From the NCBI GenBank assembly GCA_013416795.1, contig RQSC01000015.1, positions 679,218-743,217 of the forward strand: a DNA stretch of 64,000 nucleotides, read 5' to 3'. Both the position numbers and the translations under genes were made by a program. The notes under the pieces are model-generated. The model saw only the letters and a list, made by a program, of their open reading frames with translations, searched no databases and was not told the DNA's origin. The DNA is from Prasinococcaceae sp. CCMP 1430 (taxonomy: Eukaryota; Plantae; Prasinodermophyta). Below are positions 33,801 through 43,176 of the stretch, one piece after another (position 1 is the stretch's first letter; each line of letters starts with the position of its first letter).

Positions 33801-35360
33801 CGCCTCGCTGTCGCAATCGCCGCCGACACTGGAGAGCGCTGACTGGGATTGAACAAGGTCGGCCTGCGTCCCCTCGAGTACCACGAGGAAATCCGCGACT
33901 TCGGGCGTCACTACATGGCCATCGCACCACTTGCTTCCGATCTTGAGCATTTCTGCCCACTGTGTCCCCTCGATAGCCAACATCTCGTCTGGGTGCGCGT
34001 CCAGATACGCCTGCACAAGCTCTCCTGACGGGGCAGCCGCAAGTTTGGCCACCAGCGGCGCTCGCTGCTGCCGCTGCTGCGGCTGCGCCGAGTCGCCAGC
34101 GCTGATACCAGCCAGCCCCTCTTGTGACTTGAGCTGCTTCAGAAGCTGCGCATTTTTGGCCCTCCTGCCAGCGCCTGTTTTCACAATCTGCTGCTGCTGC
34201 TGCTGCTTCTGGGAGCCGTCAACCTCGTCCTTGATCTTCGCCTCAATGCCAAAAGATGTCAGCAGCTCTTGCTCGAGATCCTGCCACTTGCAAACCGCGG
34301 CCGTGGCTCGTTGAAGGTGGTCCAAGTTGTGGTGCAAAGTCGCATCAAGGCGTGAGCTCCTGGATTCCATTCCTGTCGCCGTGTGCAAGGCGCGGTGCAC
34401 GGATATCCACAGGCGCTTCACCTCAGCCATGGACTGGAAAAAAACAACTTCGAGTCCGTGCTCCGGCGCGTGGCGAAGTTGAAGCCACTTGCTAGCGAGC
34501 TCCTCAGCGCTCTGGTCGGACAGGCGCGACTGAAGCGACTGGCCGGAAAAAAGCGCGTCGTGAAGTGCGTGTACGAGTGACTGCCCCTCGCTCCCACGGC
34601 TCTCTCCAGCCTTGGACCCCGTCTCCGCGTGCCTCAGCCGCGCGAGCTTCGACACCGCCGCAGCCTCGCGTTGCACCAGAGCGTCGTCAGAGCTTGCGGG
34701 CGCGATCCGATCGTCTCGCTCCTGGGCGTGGCGCTGCTGGGAGGGGTACTTCTCCGCCAGCGCCGCACCGAGTGGATCAAGTAGCGTGACCCACCGCTGG
34801 GCTTCGGCTGCAGCACCTCCGATATCCCCGAGCTCAATGAGAGCGCACTGCAGCAGGAACGATGTCTCGAGCGTTGCCGCGCCGGGCGGCGGGGGGTCCT
34901 CAAGTACCGCTCCCTCAGAGGACGCTCCCACGAGAGCGCGAAGGCTCACCACGCGATCCTTGCCCACCTTCCCGAAAAACGCGTCTGCCATCAGGGCTGT
35001 GTGCAAGCCCTCCTCGCCACCCCGCTTGCGCGCCGCGGCCAGGAGTTTCCTGCCCTGTTGACAAAGACGCAGTGCAAAGGGCACGGGGCACGCGCACACC
35101 ACGTCAGAGGGCCGTGTGCTGCAGGGGCGCGGGGAGGTGAGCGACGGACACAGGGAGCGTACCTTGGAAGGCATGGACGTGCACACTTTTGCGAGCTTCA
35201 TGGCAGCGTCCATGCGCTCGGCGAACGACTGTGCACGCGCCGCTGGGCCTTCGCCTGTTGACGGCGCCGCGCCATGCATGCCGGCATTGCCTCCGTGCTT
35301 GCCCTTTCCTCCGCGGGCCTTCCCACCGCCGCCGCCGGACGATCCCTTGCGCTGACCCAT
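30837..35360 (-). CDS. USP53/USP54-like ubiquitin carboxyl-terminal hydrolase with long N-terminal helical/coiled-coil region; exons 35360-35163, 35054-31467, 31273-31082, 30971-30837
   Basis: Cys box GLTNDAGEYNCFLNTVIQSLWHL; QMNDASEVL; Zn-finger CEHC and CDTDLKGCG; His box YYGQHW then WVALDDANV; LQPSVLLY. All four exons join in frame (1371 codons). Confidence 0.85.
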
Positions 35361-35545
35361 GGCGGCCCTCCCTCTACCGTGGCGCCCCCTGCAGTCCTCC
35401 GAGCGCACAGACGCGCGGAGGCCTCGCCACGCGTGCAAAAAAAAAACGGGCGGCGCAGCGCGCCGCCCGCGCCGTGCCGCCCCCAGCGTCGCACTCGCGC
35501 CCCGCCCCGCTTGCAGTCAATAAGATGGGTCCGTCGGGGGGGCGA

Positions 35546-35546
<1 letters not shown>

Positions 35547-35589
<43 letters not shown>

Positions 35590-35600
35590 GGGGGGGGGGG
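35547..35600. repeat. C41 followed directly by G13 homopolymer tract
   Basis: Direct reading: C run 35547-35587, G run 35588-35600; G7 at 35536-35542. Confidence 0.9.
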
Positions 35601-35870
35601 ACCCGCCACCCCCACCCACCCACCCACCACCCACCTGTGCCGCGCGCGCGCGCAGTGTGCTGCTGCAAATGCCGCGCCGCAGCCGATCAGCAAAGTGTGC
35701 TGTCGCGGAGTCTGATGAATACGGACAGCCGCAAACCGCCAGCCTGCCCGGGCGCGCCACAGCGTGTGCGTGGCGCGCTGTGGCGCTGCGCTGCAGCGAC
35801 CTCGGCGCAGGCGGTCAGGCGCACGCACCACAAGGCGAGATCGGTGGCGTGCGGAGCTGAGCAGGGCAGC

Positions 35871-36758
35871 ATGGCGCCAGAGCCGCACTTGGGCGCAGCT
35901 CCTGCGGGGGGCGGGGGCGCCACTGCAAACGCCGCGCAGTCGCCGCAGTCGTCGCTGCAGGCGCAGGAGATCACACAGGGCGTCCTCTCCTACCTCAAGT
36001 CGAAGCCTGGCGTGCGTGAAGTGCGCTTCTCGGAGCGCGCAGGTGCAGGCACCGCCGAGCTGCGGCTGTGGGAGCGCACGCACGCCCCATGCAAGCTGCC
36101 GGACGACCTCGAAGCTTTCCTGGCCATCTCCAATGGCATGCAGCTCACATGGGAGATGGAGTTCAGAGGAGAGGTGCGCCCGCTTGGGGCGATGGCAATT
36201 AATAGCCTCGAGGACATCAAACCGCTCCCGCTGGACACGTGGCCTGTGGACGACGACGGCAACGACGACGAGCTCCGCGCAGGCCCGACAGCGGCGCAAT
36301 CTCCAGGCACGGACCGTGCCGCTCCTGTGCGTGCCTTTTGCCTCGACGCGGCATGCTCCGCCGGACGCGTGGCGCTCGTGTATGGGGCGGTAGCGCCCGT
36401 GGGTGTGGGTTCCGACGGCCGTCGCGCCGGCACTGGGCGAGCGAAACGCAAGGGATCCAACTCGCCCGCGAGCAGCAGCAGTGCGGGCAATGGCGCAGAC
36501 GCGTGCCCCCAGGTGTGGTTCCAAGACTTGGGCTGCCAGTGGTCGTTTATCTCCGCGACCTTCAGCGACTACTTCCGACTCATGATGATGCATCTCGGGC
36601 TACCGCACTGGCATTATGCCTTCACTGAGTTGGGCCTCGACCCCGTGGCGAAACAGTGGTTCAGGTACTTGACACCCGAGAGGCTGGCCATCATACAGGC
36701 GGAGCGAACCAAGAAGGAGAAGGCGAAGGTGAAGCGGAAGAAGCGGGCCGCCAGGTGA
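35871..36758 (+). CDS. TPGS2: Tubulin polyglutamylase complex subunit 2
   Basis: LPDDLEAFLAISNGMQLTW...LGAMAINSL and VWFQDLGCQWSFISATFSDYFRLMMMHLGLPHWHYAFTELGLDPVAKQWF. TGTAA at 36779. Confidence 0.85.
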   Translation: MAPEPHLGAAPAGGGGATANAAQSPQSSLQAQEITQGVLSYLKSKPGVREVRFSERAGAGTAELRLWERTHAPCKLPDDLEAFLAISNGMQLTWEMEFRGEVRPLGAMAINSLEDIKPLPLDTWPVDDDGNDDELRAGPTAAQSPGTDRAAPVRAFCLDAACSAGRVALVYGAVAPVGVGSDGRRAGTGRAKRKGSNSPASSSSAGNGADACPQVWFQDLGCQWSFISATFSDYFRLMMMHLGLPHWHYAFTELGLDPVAKQWFRYLTPERLAIIQAERTKKEKAKVKRKKRAAR

Positions 36759-36966
36759 CAGCAAGAGACTCGCGGCACTGTAACAAATGTTGTATACTAC
36801 CGATCTCCTTACAGAAATGGGGGTCGTTGGCGCGGGGCAGCGAAGCGGCGAGCCGAGCATCGGACAAGCTCGAGAGTGCGCGCCTTGCCGAGCACCGCCC
36901 GTGTGCGCGCCCGTCCAAGGTGGGCGGCTGCGTCGACGCCTCGGTCGGCGGCGCAAGCTCCATCCG

Positions 36967-37176
36967 TCAATTCGCCTTGTCGTAGGCCCGCTTGATCATC
37001 CGTCGCTGAGCCTGCGTAGGCCCTTGCTGCTTGTACAGGAAGAGCAGGTACACGCCCAGTAGCAGCAGGTGCCCACCGATGAGCACTGCGACGAGAGCGT
37101 ACCACTCGCCAAGGAGGTCCTTGGCGGACACGGACGACAGCTCGGTCGCCAGACTGCGCTCCATGTGGCGCGTCAT
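36967..37176 (-). CDS. Small (69 aa) single-pass membrane protein, unknown
   Basis: MTRHMERSLATEL...EWYALVAVLIGGHLLLLGVYLLFLY-KQQGPTQAQRRMIKRAYDKAN: one clear TM helix and a basic tail. Minus-strand TGTAA at 36809-36813. Confidence 0.6.
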   Translation of the reverse strand: MTRHMERSLATELSSVSAKDLLGEWYALVAVLIGGHLLLLGVYLLFLYKQQGPTQAQRRMIKRAYDKAN

Positions 37177-37304
37177 GGCCACCGCGCGCGTATGTCCGGA
37201 CTAGCCGCGCTCCCTGCTGCGAGCTGTCGCGTAGCCCTCTCTTTGCGGTTCGCGGGGCGTGTGCGCTCCGCTCCACCGCCGCTTCCGTCTAGCTTCTCCT
37301 GCGC

Positions 37305-37508
37305 TTACTGCTCCTTGGCGCTGCTCTTCTTGGCGAGGTCGTCGAGGTCCGTGCTCTTCACCGCGTGCATCGTATAGTAGTACACCCCTCCAACGAAGCC
37401 GAGAAGCGCGAGCGACGTCACGGCGTTGCGCGAGCGCGTCGCCGCCGACACGGGCGCGCGGCGCGCCGCCTCGAGCGAGGCCTTGAGCGCCTCTGCGTCG
37501 GCTGCCAT
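37305..37508 (-). CDS. COA3: Cytochrome c oxidase assembly factor 3 (COA3/CCDC56-like)
   Basis: 67 aa; RSRNAVTSLALLGFVGGVYYYTMHAVKSTDLDD fits the R.rN...g..l...v.gvY.YT..aV motif. Confidence 0.7.
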   Translation of the reverse strand: MAADAEALKASLEAARRAPVSAATRSRNAVTSLALLGFVGGVYYYTMHAVKSTDLDDLAKKSSAKEQ

Positions 37509-38161
37509 GCAACGGCGCGCGCGCGGTGCACGCGGGCGCACAGGCGCTCGCGCTAGGGGTGTGGGTGGGTGGGGGGGAGGCGCGGCGGCCGGCGCAGCCG
37601 CGGTCCGCGGGGCGCGCGCGCCTGCGCTGGCGTGTGCGGGGGGGGGAAAGTCTGACGGCGAAGGCGCGGCTCGTGCTCTCTCCCTCGCACGCGCCCTGTG
37701 GCGCGCCCGCGCCGGACGCCCCACGCCCGCCCTGCTCCTGCTCCTGCGTCCGACGAAATTCGGCGCGGTGCCGACTCCCAACGGCCGGAAAAGAGGAGCG
37801 CTCGCGGCCGCGCACGCGTAAAAAACGGCCGGTGCGCGCCACGTGCGCGCGCAATTCCGCCAAAAGGCGCAAACGCGGGCGACGTCCAGCTGGCCGCCGC
37901 CAGCCGCCGCCAGCGCGCGAGCAGCGGGCTACGGAGAAATAGGGTTTACAATCGATATCATTGTACGTCTTTTATGTTGGGGTGTGTGTTTGGGTTTGAT
38001 TAAAACCGTAAACTTTGTGGGCGTTTGCCGTTGCCGGAGGAGGCGGCGCAAGCGCACGCGGCGGCGGCGGCGGCTGCGCGCCACAGCGGCGCCCCGGGCT
38101 CGCGGAGGGAGTCCGGCGGCGCGCGGCACACGGCGTGCGTTCACGCGCGGCGGCGGCGGCC

Positions 38162-39554
38162 ATGGCGTCTGACGGGGCTGCGCCCAACGCGGGCAAGCCA
38201 TCCGAGGGCGACTTCCACTCCTACTTCTGCACCTATGAGTTCATCTATCACCAGAAGCAGATGATGTGCGTGCGCGCCGGCGAGCGCGCCAGGAGGCGTG
38301 CCGTGCCTCGCACACCGGCTGGGAGGGGCCACCACGCGCACGGCGCCCGAGAGGTGATGCGTCATGCGAGACGCTGACCTGCTGCGCGCCTACGCTCGCG
38401 CACTGCGCCATGTGCCACGGGCGCCTTCACCAAATGGCGCGTGCACGCACGCCATCGCCCCCCATCCACCCCAACCCACCCACCCTGCTCTTTCGCACCA
38501 TCACGCATGCCAACCCGCCGGCTGCCCTGCCGCGCCCTGCAGTGAGGACCAAGTTCGCACCGGCGCGTACCACGCGGCCATCATGCGCAACAAGCACCTG
38601 TTCAAGGACAAGGTGGTGCTGGACATTGGTGCGGGGACAGGCATCCTGTCCATTTTTGCCGCCAAGGCGGGCGCGCGCAAGGTGTACGCGGTGGAGGCCA
38701 CCGCGATGGCTGAGCGCGCCAAGCTGATCATCGCTGCCAACGGGCTGGACGGACAAATCGAGGTGGTGCGCACCATGGTCGAGCAGCTCGAGCTCGAGGA
38801 GAAAGCCGACGTGATTATCTCGGAGTGGATGGGCTACATGCTGCTGCGCGAGGCCATGCTCGACAGCGTGGTCAAGGGCCGTGACAAGTGGCTCAAGGAG
38901 GGCGGCGTCATGTTCCCCTCGCACGCCAATGTCTACCTCGCGCCCATCCGCTGGGGCACCCACGAGCGCCAGAGCGACCAGCACGACGACGCTATCGAAG
39001 ACTGGTACGGCTTTGTCGATGAGACCAAGGCGCTGTACGACCTGGACCTCAACTGCCTCAATGAGCAATTTGAGGAAGAGACCAAGGAGTACTTCCTGCA
39101 GACCAGCCACTGGTGCGAGCTCGAGAAGCACCACATGGTGGGGCCGGCCACCAAGATCAACTCGCTCGACCTGCGCTCGTGCTCCGTCGACGACATCCAG
39201 GAGCTTCGCAGCGAGTTTGAGCTCAGTGTGACCGCTCCGGGCACCGACCACATCCAGGGCATGGTCGGCTGGTTCGACGTTGACTTCGACGGCTCGGACC
39301 AGAACCCCGTCGAGGAGAAGATCACGCTCACCACGGGGCCCGGCCCGCGCGCCGAGCAGACGCACTGGGGCCAGATGGCCTTCCTGCTGCATCCGCCGCT
39401 GCCGGTGAGCAGCGGGGGCAAGATCAAGGGCTCTGCGCGCATCTACAAGCGCGGCGACAACATGCGGCTGCTGGGCATGGACAGCAGCCTCAAGGTCGAG
39501 AAGCCCGATGGGTCGGCCGGCGAGGCGCGCAAGGTCAAGTGGAACGTCGATTAG
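38162..39554 (+). CDS. PRMT10: Type I protein arginine methyltransferase, PRMT10-like; exons 38162-38265 and 38543-39554
   Basis: YFCTYEFIYHQKQM (plant PRMT10-type helix), VLDIGAGTGILS, VYAVEAT, double-E loop SEWMGYMLLREAM, THWGQ loop. Intron GTGCG...CTGCAG restores the frame. Confidence 0.88.
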
Positions 39555-39957
39555 GCCCTTCGCCCGGAGGGGCACGCGCGCGCCGAGCAGCCGCCGCGCG
39601 CGTCGCCTGCCACTGTACCGCGTACTAAGACCTGCATCCCACAGCGAGCTTGCTGTGGAATCCACCCACAGACGTCACGCCGCCGGGTCGCCGAGTAGCG
39701 CTGGTGTGGAACCGCGCTCTGAGCACGCCAGCACCGCCGAAAATGACAGCGCTTCTTTCTTGCGGCGTTTCGGAGCGCGTTGCGGGCGCGCCAGCCGCGG
39801 GCGCGCCACACGGAGCAGGGCGCGCGCAGGGCTGGCCGACGGCAGCGAGGACATCGGGAGCCCCTCTCGCGTGCTTGGGGCACCACGCTGTGTGTACTTT
39901 GGTCTCGTCCGCGCGAGGCCACGACGCCGGTCTGCCCACGAACGCCGTGCGAGAAAG

Positions 39958-40209
39958 ATGCTCCGCCGCGCACTGCTCCGAGTCGCGCGTGCGCCGCCAC
40001 GCGGCGCACGTGGTGCCACGGCGGCAGCCGAAGGCGGCGCGCCCCAGGGAGACGAGCCCAGCAACGACATGATATGGGTTGGCGGCGTCGCTGTGACGCT
40101 CGCAGGAGTCATGTTGTACTCGCAGTATGGCGGGGAATCAGTCTCGGCGCTGAAAGAGCCGGCCAAGAGCAAAGTGGACGCCGTCGCGGACGCCGCCAAG
40201 AAGAAGTGA
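39958..40209 (+). CDS. Small (83 aa) putative mitochondrial single-pass membrane protein
   Basis: Presequence-like MLRRALLRVARAPPRGARG, TM MIWVGGVAVTLAGVMLYSQY, Lys-rich end. TGTAA at 40386. Confidence 0.6.
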   Translation: MLRRALLRVARAPPRGARGATAAAEGGAPQGDEPSNDMIWVGGVAVTLAGVMLYSQYGGESVSALKEPAKSKVDAVADAAKKK

Positions 40210-40758
40210 TGCGCGCGGATTGAGGGCTTGGAAGAGGGAATCGAGGCGACCATGCACGGCCTCGCAGCTTCGCTCGAAGCTGACTACTGTAGAGATGACC
40301 ACACGGGCCTTCTCATGAGCTGCCCGACTACGCGTTCGGCGCCGTGGAGAGATCGAACGGACAGAACGAGGAAGCGCGCGACAATTGTAAGATGCTGTCG
40401 TGCCCCGCATCGTGGCTGCCTTGCTGCTGCTGGCCAGCAGCGTGCTCGGCAAGATGTGTGCACGCACGTGCGTGTGTGAGTGGAGTGAGGAAGGACGAGC
40501 ACTTGCGCAGCCATCAATGTCGAAGAGCACGGCACGGTGCCCGCACGCAAATTCTGTCACTCATTTTTTCCGTCACTGCTTCTGAAATCAGCACGAACTC
40601 TATTGAGCCGCCGAAACCGAAGCGGAGCGAAGGGAAAGTTCAGGCACCTGGGCAGGCACGCGCGAGAGCATGGAGCGATGTCGCAGCCGCCCGCGCGGCA
40701 GCTAAAGTGAGAGCGCGGCGTCTTTAGGATGCAGCCGGTTGAAGAGCGTAGCGGCGAC

Positions 40759-41112
40759 TCACTTGCCCGCACGCTTGGCGCCCTTTGTTGCCCCCTTGGA
40801 CTTGCGGTGCTTCTTGTACGCGTCGAGGACCGCTTCGAAATCCTTCTCCTCGACTTCGTCGCTGCCACGACTCTTGGCTTCGGCGCACGCAGCCGTGTAG
40901 AATGCCTCGAGGGCGGGGCCCAAGCTGCGCTCCAGCTCCGCCACCGCCGAGGGGGACAGGGGGAGGCTCGCCGCCTTGGCGCACTCGACTGCGATCCCAT
41001 GCACCATGTCCTCCACCGCCTCAGGCGTCTGCGCCGACCCGCCGGGGACGAAGCGCCGCGGCGGCGCCGTCGCGCGCGCACTGCGCCGTGCTGCGGCCAC
41101 CGACGCCACCAT
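40759..41112 (-). CDS. Small histone-fold-like protein (117 aa)
   Basis: MVHGIAVECAKAASLPLSPSAVAELERSL...FYTAACAEAKSRGSDEVEEKDFEAVL follows the alpha1-L1-alpha2-L2-alpha3 histone-fold pattern. Basic tail KKHRKSKGATKGAKRAGK. Confidence 0.55.
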   Translation of the reverse strand: MVASVAAARRSARATAPPRRFVPGGSAQTPEAVEDMVHGIAVECAKAASLPLSPSAVAELERSLGPALEAFYTAACAEAKSRGSDEVEEKDFEAVLDAYKKHRKSKGATKGAKRAGK

Positions 41113-41700
41113 TGCGGGACCCCGCGGGTGCTGGCGGGGTCGCGCCCACGACGGACGCGCTGTGGCCACGCCCGCCGCGCGCCTCCGCGCCGCCGCCGCC
41201 GCCGCAGAGCTTGAAAACGCGCTTCCCGCCCTTTTCCGGGTTGGAATCGCTCATTTGAGGGCAGCTCGCGCGTCGGAGAGGGTCTGCAAACACATCGGTC
41301 ATGTCATGACCGGTCACCGGTATTGACAATGCGCGTCATCATTGCTATGGCGTGATGAAGATGCAGGGCATGAATGTTCGGGTGAGGTTTGAGGTTAGGG
41401 ATAGGGTTCTAGTATTTGGTCAAAGTGCACGCGACGCGCGACCTGGGAGGCTCAGACGGACTGTACGAGCTGCGCCGTTACGATTTCCGGCAGCTTCCGG
41501 GCAGACAGTTGGCACAGTTGGCGGCGCGCGCGCCACGGCGCTCCCCCGGGAGCGCGGGGCGCGGAGGCCGCAGGCACACGGCGCGGCGCTGAGCGTGCGC
41601 GCGCCTGCGGCAACTCTTGCTCCGCACCCGTCGCCACGCGCGCGCGACTCGTGCGCGTCCTCGCGCGTGCCCTCGCCAGCTGCCGCGCCGGACGCACGGG

Positions 41701-42996
41701 ATGTGGCGCGCGGTCCGCGGCACCGTGGAGCGGATCACGAACAGCGGGGAGGGCGGCCAAGTGGTGGGCGAAGAGCTGGAGGGCGAAGAGCATGCTGCCT
41801 GCGTAGCGTTCATCACCGCCGCGGAGGTGGAGTCGCCCGAGGCATTTCCGAGCGCCGGGCCCGCCCGGATCATCTGGTCGTCGACGCATCAGCGCGAGGG
41901 AGAGTTCGGATGGCGCATGGTAGATGGCCGCCGGGCGTGCGCGGATCGCGCGCCGGCGCGTCCGCCGGTGATCGGAGAGCGATGCGTGGCGCCGTATGGA
42001 ACGGAATTGAGACCTTACCTGTGGGACGCCGTCGTGAGGTCATACGATCCCGAGACTGCCAACGTCGACCTTGACTTCGACGATGGCGACTCATGCAGCG
42101 CAGCATGGGACGCGTGCCGTCTACCCCCGCTTGCAGATCCGCGCGGGCCGCCACAGGACGGGGAGAGCGTGATCGCGCCCATCTGCCGGTACTCGCACAA
42201 CGACCGTACTGGCTTCGTGCGATACATGCGGGGAACGCTGCTCGGTCGCCCCGCCCGCTCGGAATACGACCAGCTGCTTTCTCGCACGGAGGAGGTGGAG
42301 GCGCTGCGGAGCCTCTTCATTCGCCGCGCAATGGAGCACCACCCTTACGAGCCTTGGTTGAGGGAAGCGAGCGCGTGGTTGGATGAGGAACGTGGTCACG
42401 CACGAGACGAGGACGAGGAGGGGCACGAGCCGCCCCAGAGCTCGCGTTCCGGCCCTGGCCCTATTTCCGACGAGCTGTACTCGCGCGCACGCGCGCTACT
42501 CGAGACACACTTCCCAGCGCACCTTTGCTGCCCGATCTCGATGGCCCCAATGCGCGAGCCTGTGGTCGCCGCCGACGGGCACACGTACGACAGGACCAAC
42601 ATAGCGCGCTGGCAGCGCGCAAATCAAGGCGAGCGGGTGCGTTCGCCAGTGACGAACGAGGTGTTGGCCTCGAACGAGCTCTTTCCGAACAACATGGCGC
42701 GTTCGGCCATTCACCAGGCCCTTGAGGCACTCGTGCTGGTGGGACGCGACGAAGACGAGGCATCGTCGCCTGTTGGATCCGGGCGGCCGCCTTCACAGCC
42801 GGTGCGCTTCGAGGATGCATCGGTACAGACCGTCGAGGCAGCGCCGGCTGCACGCCGCGAACCGCGCCTCGCGCGCCAGGCGTCAGTGCCCCTACAGGCC
42901 AAGCTGCCGCCGCAGTATTCAGCACCTGCTGACGTCTTCGCCGCCAGCGCCGTCAAAACGGAGGGCCCTTCGCCGGGAATGGTGCAGGTCTCTTAG
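41701..42996 (+). CDS. U-box E3 ligase with N-terminal Tudor-like domain(s)
   Basis: U-box FPAHLCCPISMAPMREPVVAADGHTYDRTNIARW...SPVTNEVL...LFPNNMARSAI. Tudor-like IGERCVAPY...WDAVVRSYDPETANVDLDFDDGD. Confidence 0.75.
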   Translation: MWRAVRGTVERITNSGEGGQVVGEELEGEEHAACVAFITAAEVESPEAFPSAGPARIIWSSTHQREGEFGWRMVDGRRACADRAPARPPVIGERCVAPYGTELRPYLWDAVVRSYDPETANVDLDFDDGDSCSAAWDACRLPPLADPRGPPQDGESVIAPICRYSHNDRTGFVRYMRGTLLGRPARSEYDQLLSRTEEVEALRSLFIRRAMEHHPYEPWLREASAWLDEERGHARDEDEEGHEPPQSSRSGPGPISDELYSRARALLETHFPAHLCCPISMAPMREPVVAADGHTYDRTNIARWQRANQGERVRSPVTNEVLASNELFPNNMARSAIHQALEALVLVGRDEDEASSPVGSGRPPSQPVRFEDASVQTVEAAPAARREPRLARQASVPLQAKLPPQYSAPADVFAASAVKTEGPSPGMVQVS

Positions 42997-43176
42997 TCCT
43001 TTCACATTAGTGCGAACGTCGCGCAGCAGCGTAGAGTAGACTAGTACTATGGGTGCATAAAGGTGCACAGCGGCCGCTGTGCGGATCAGTTCTCTTACTT
43101 GTGCGTGCGCTGGGCGGGAACAATGTCAAATACGGACGGACTGACGAATGCGATCTCCGTCGGCGCTGCGCGCGCC

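Noticed and set aside
40228-40727. Short ORFs between the 83-aa gene and the histone-fold gene
   Set aside because: Non-ATG or weak starts, no motifs, and the region contains a TGTAA signal consistent with 3' UTRs.
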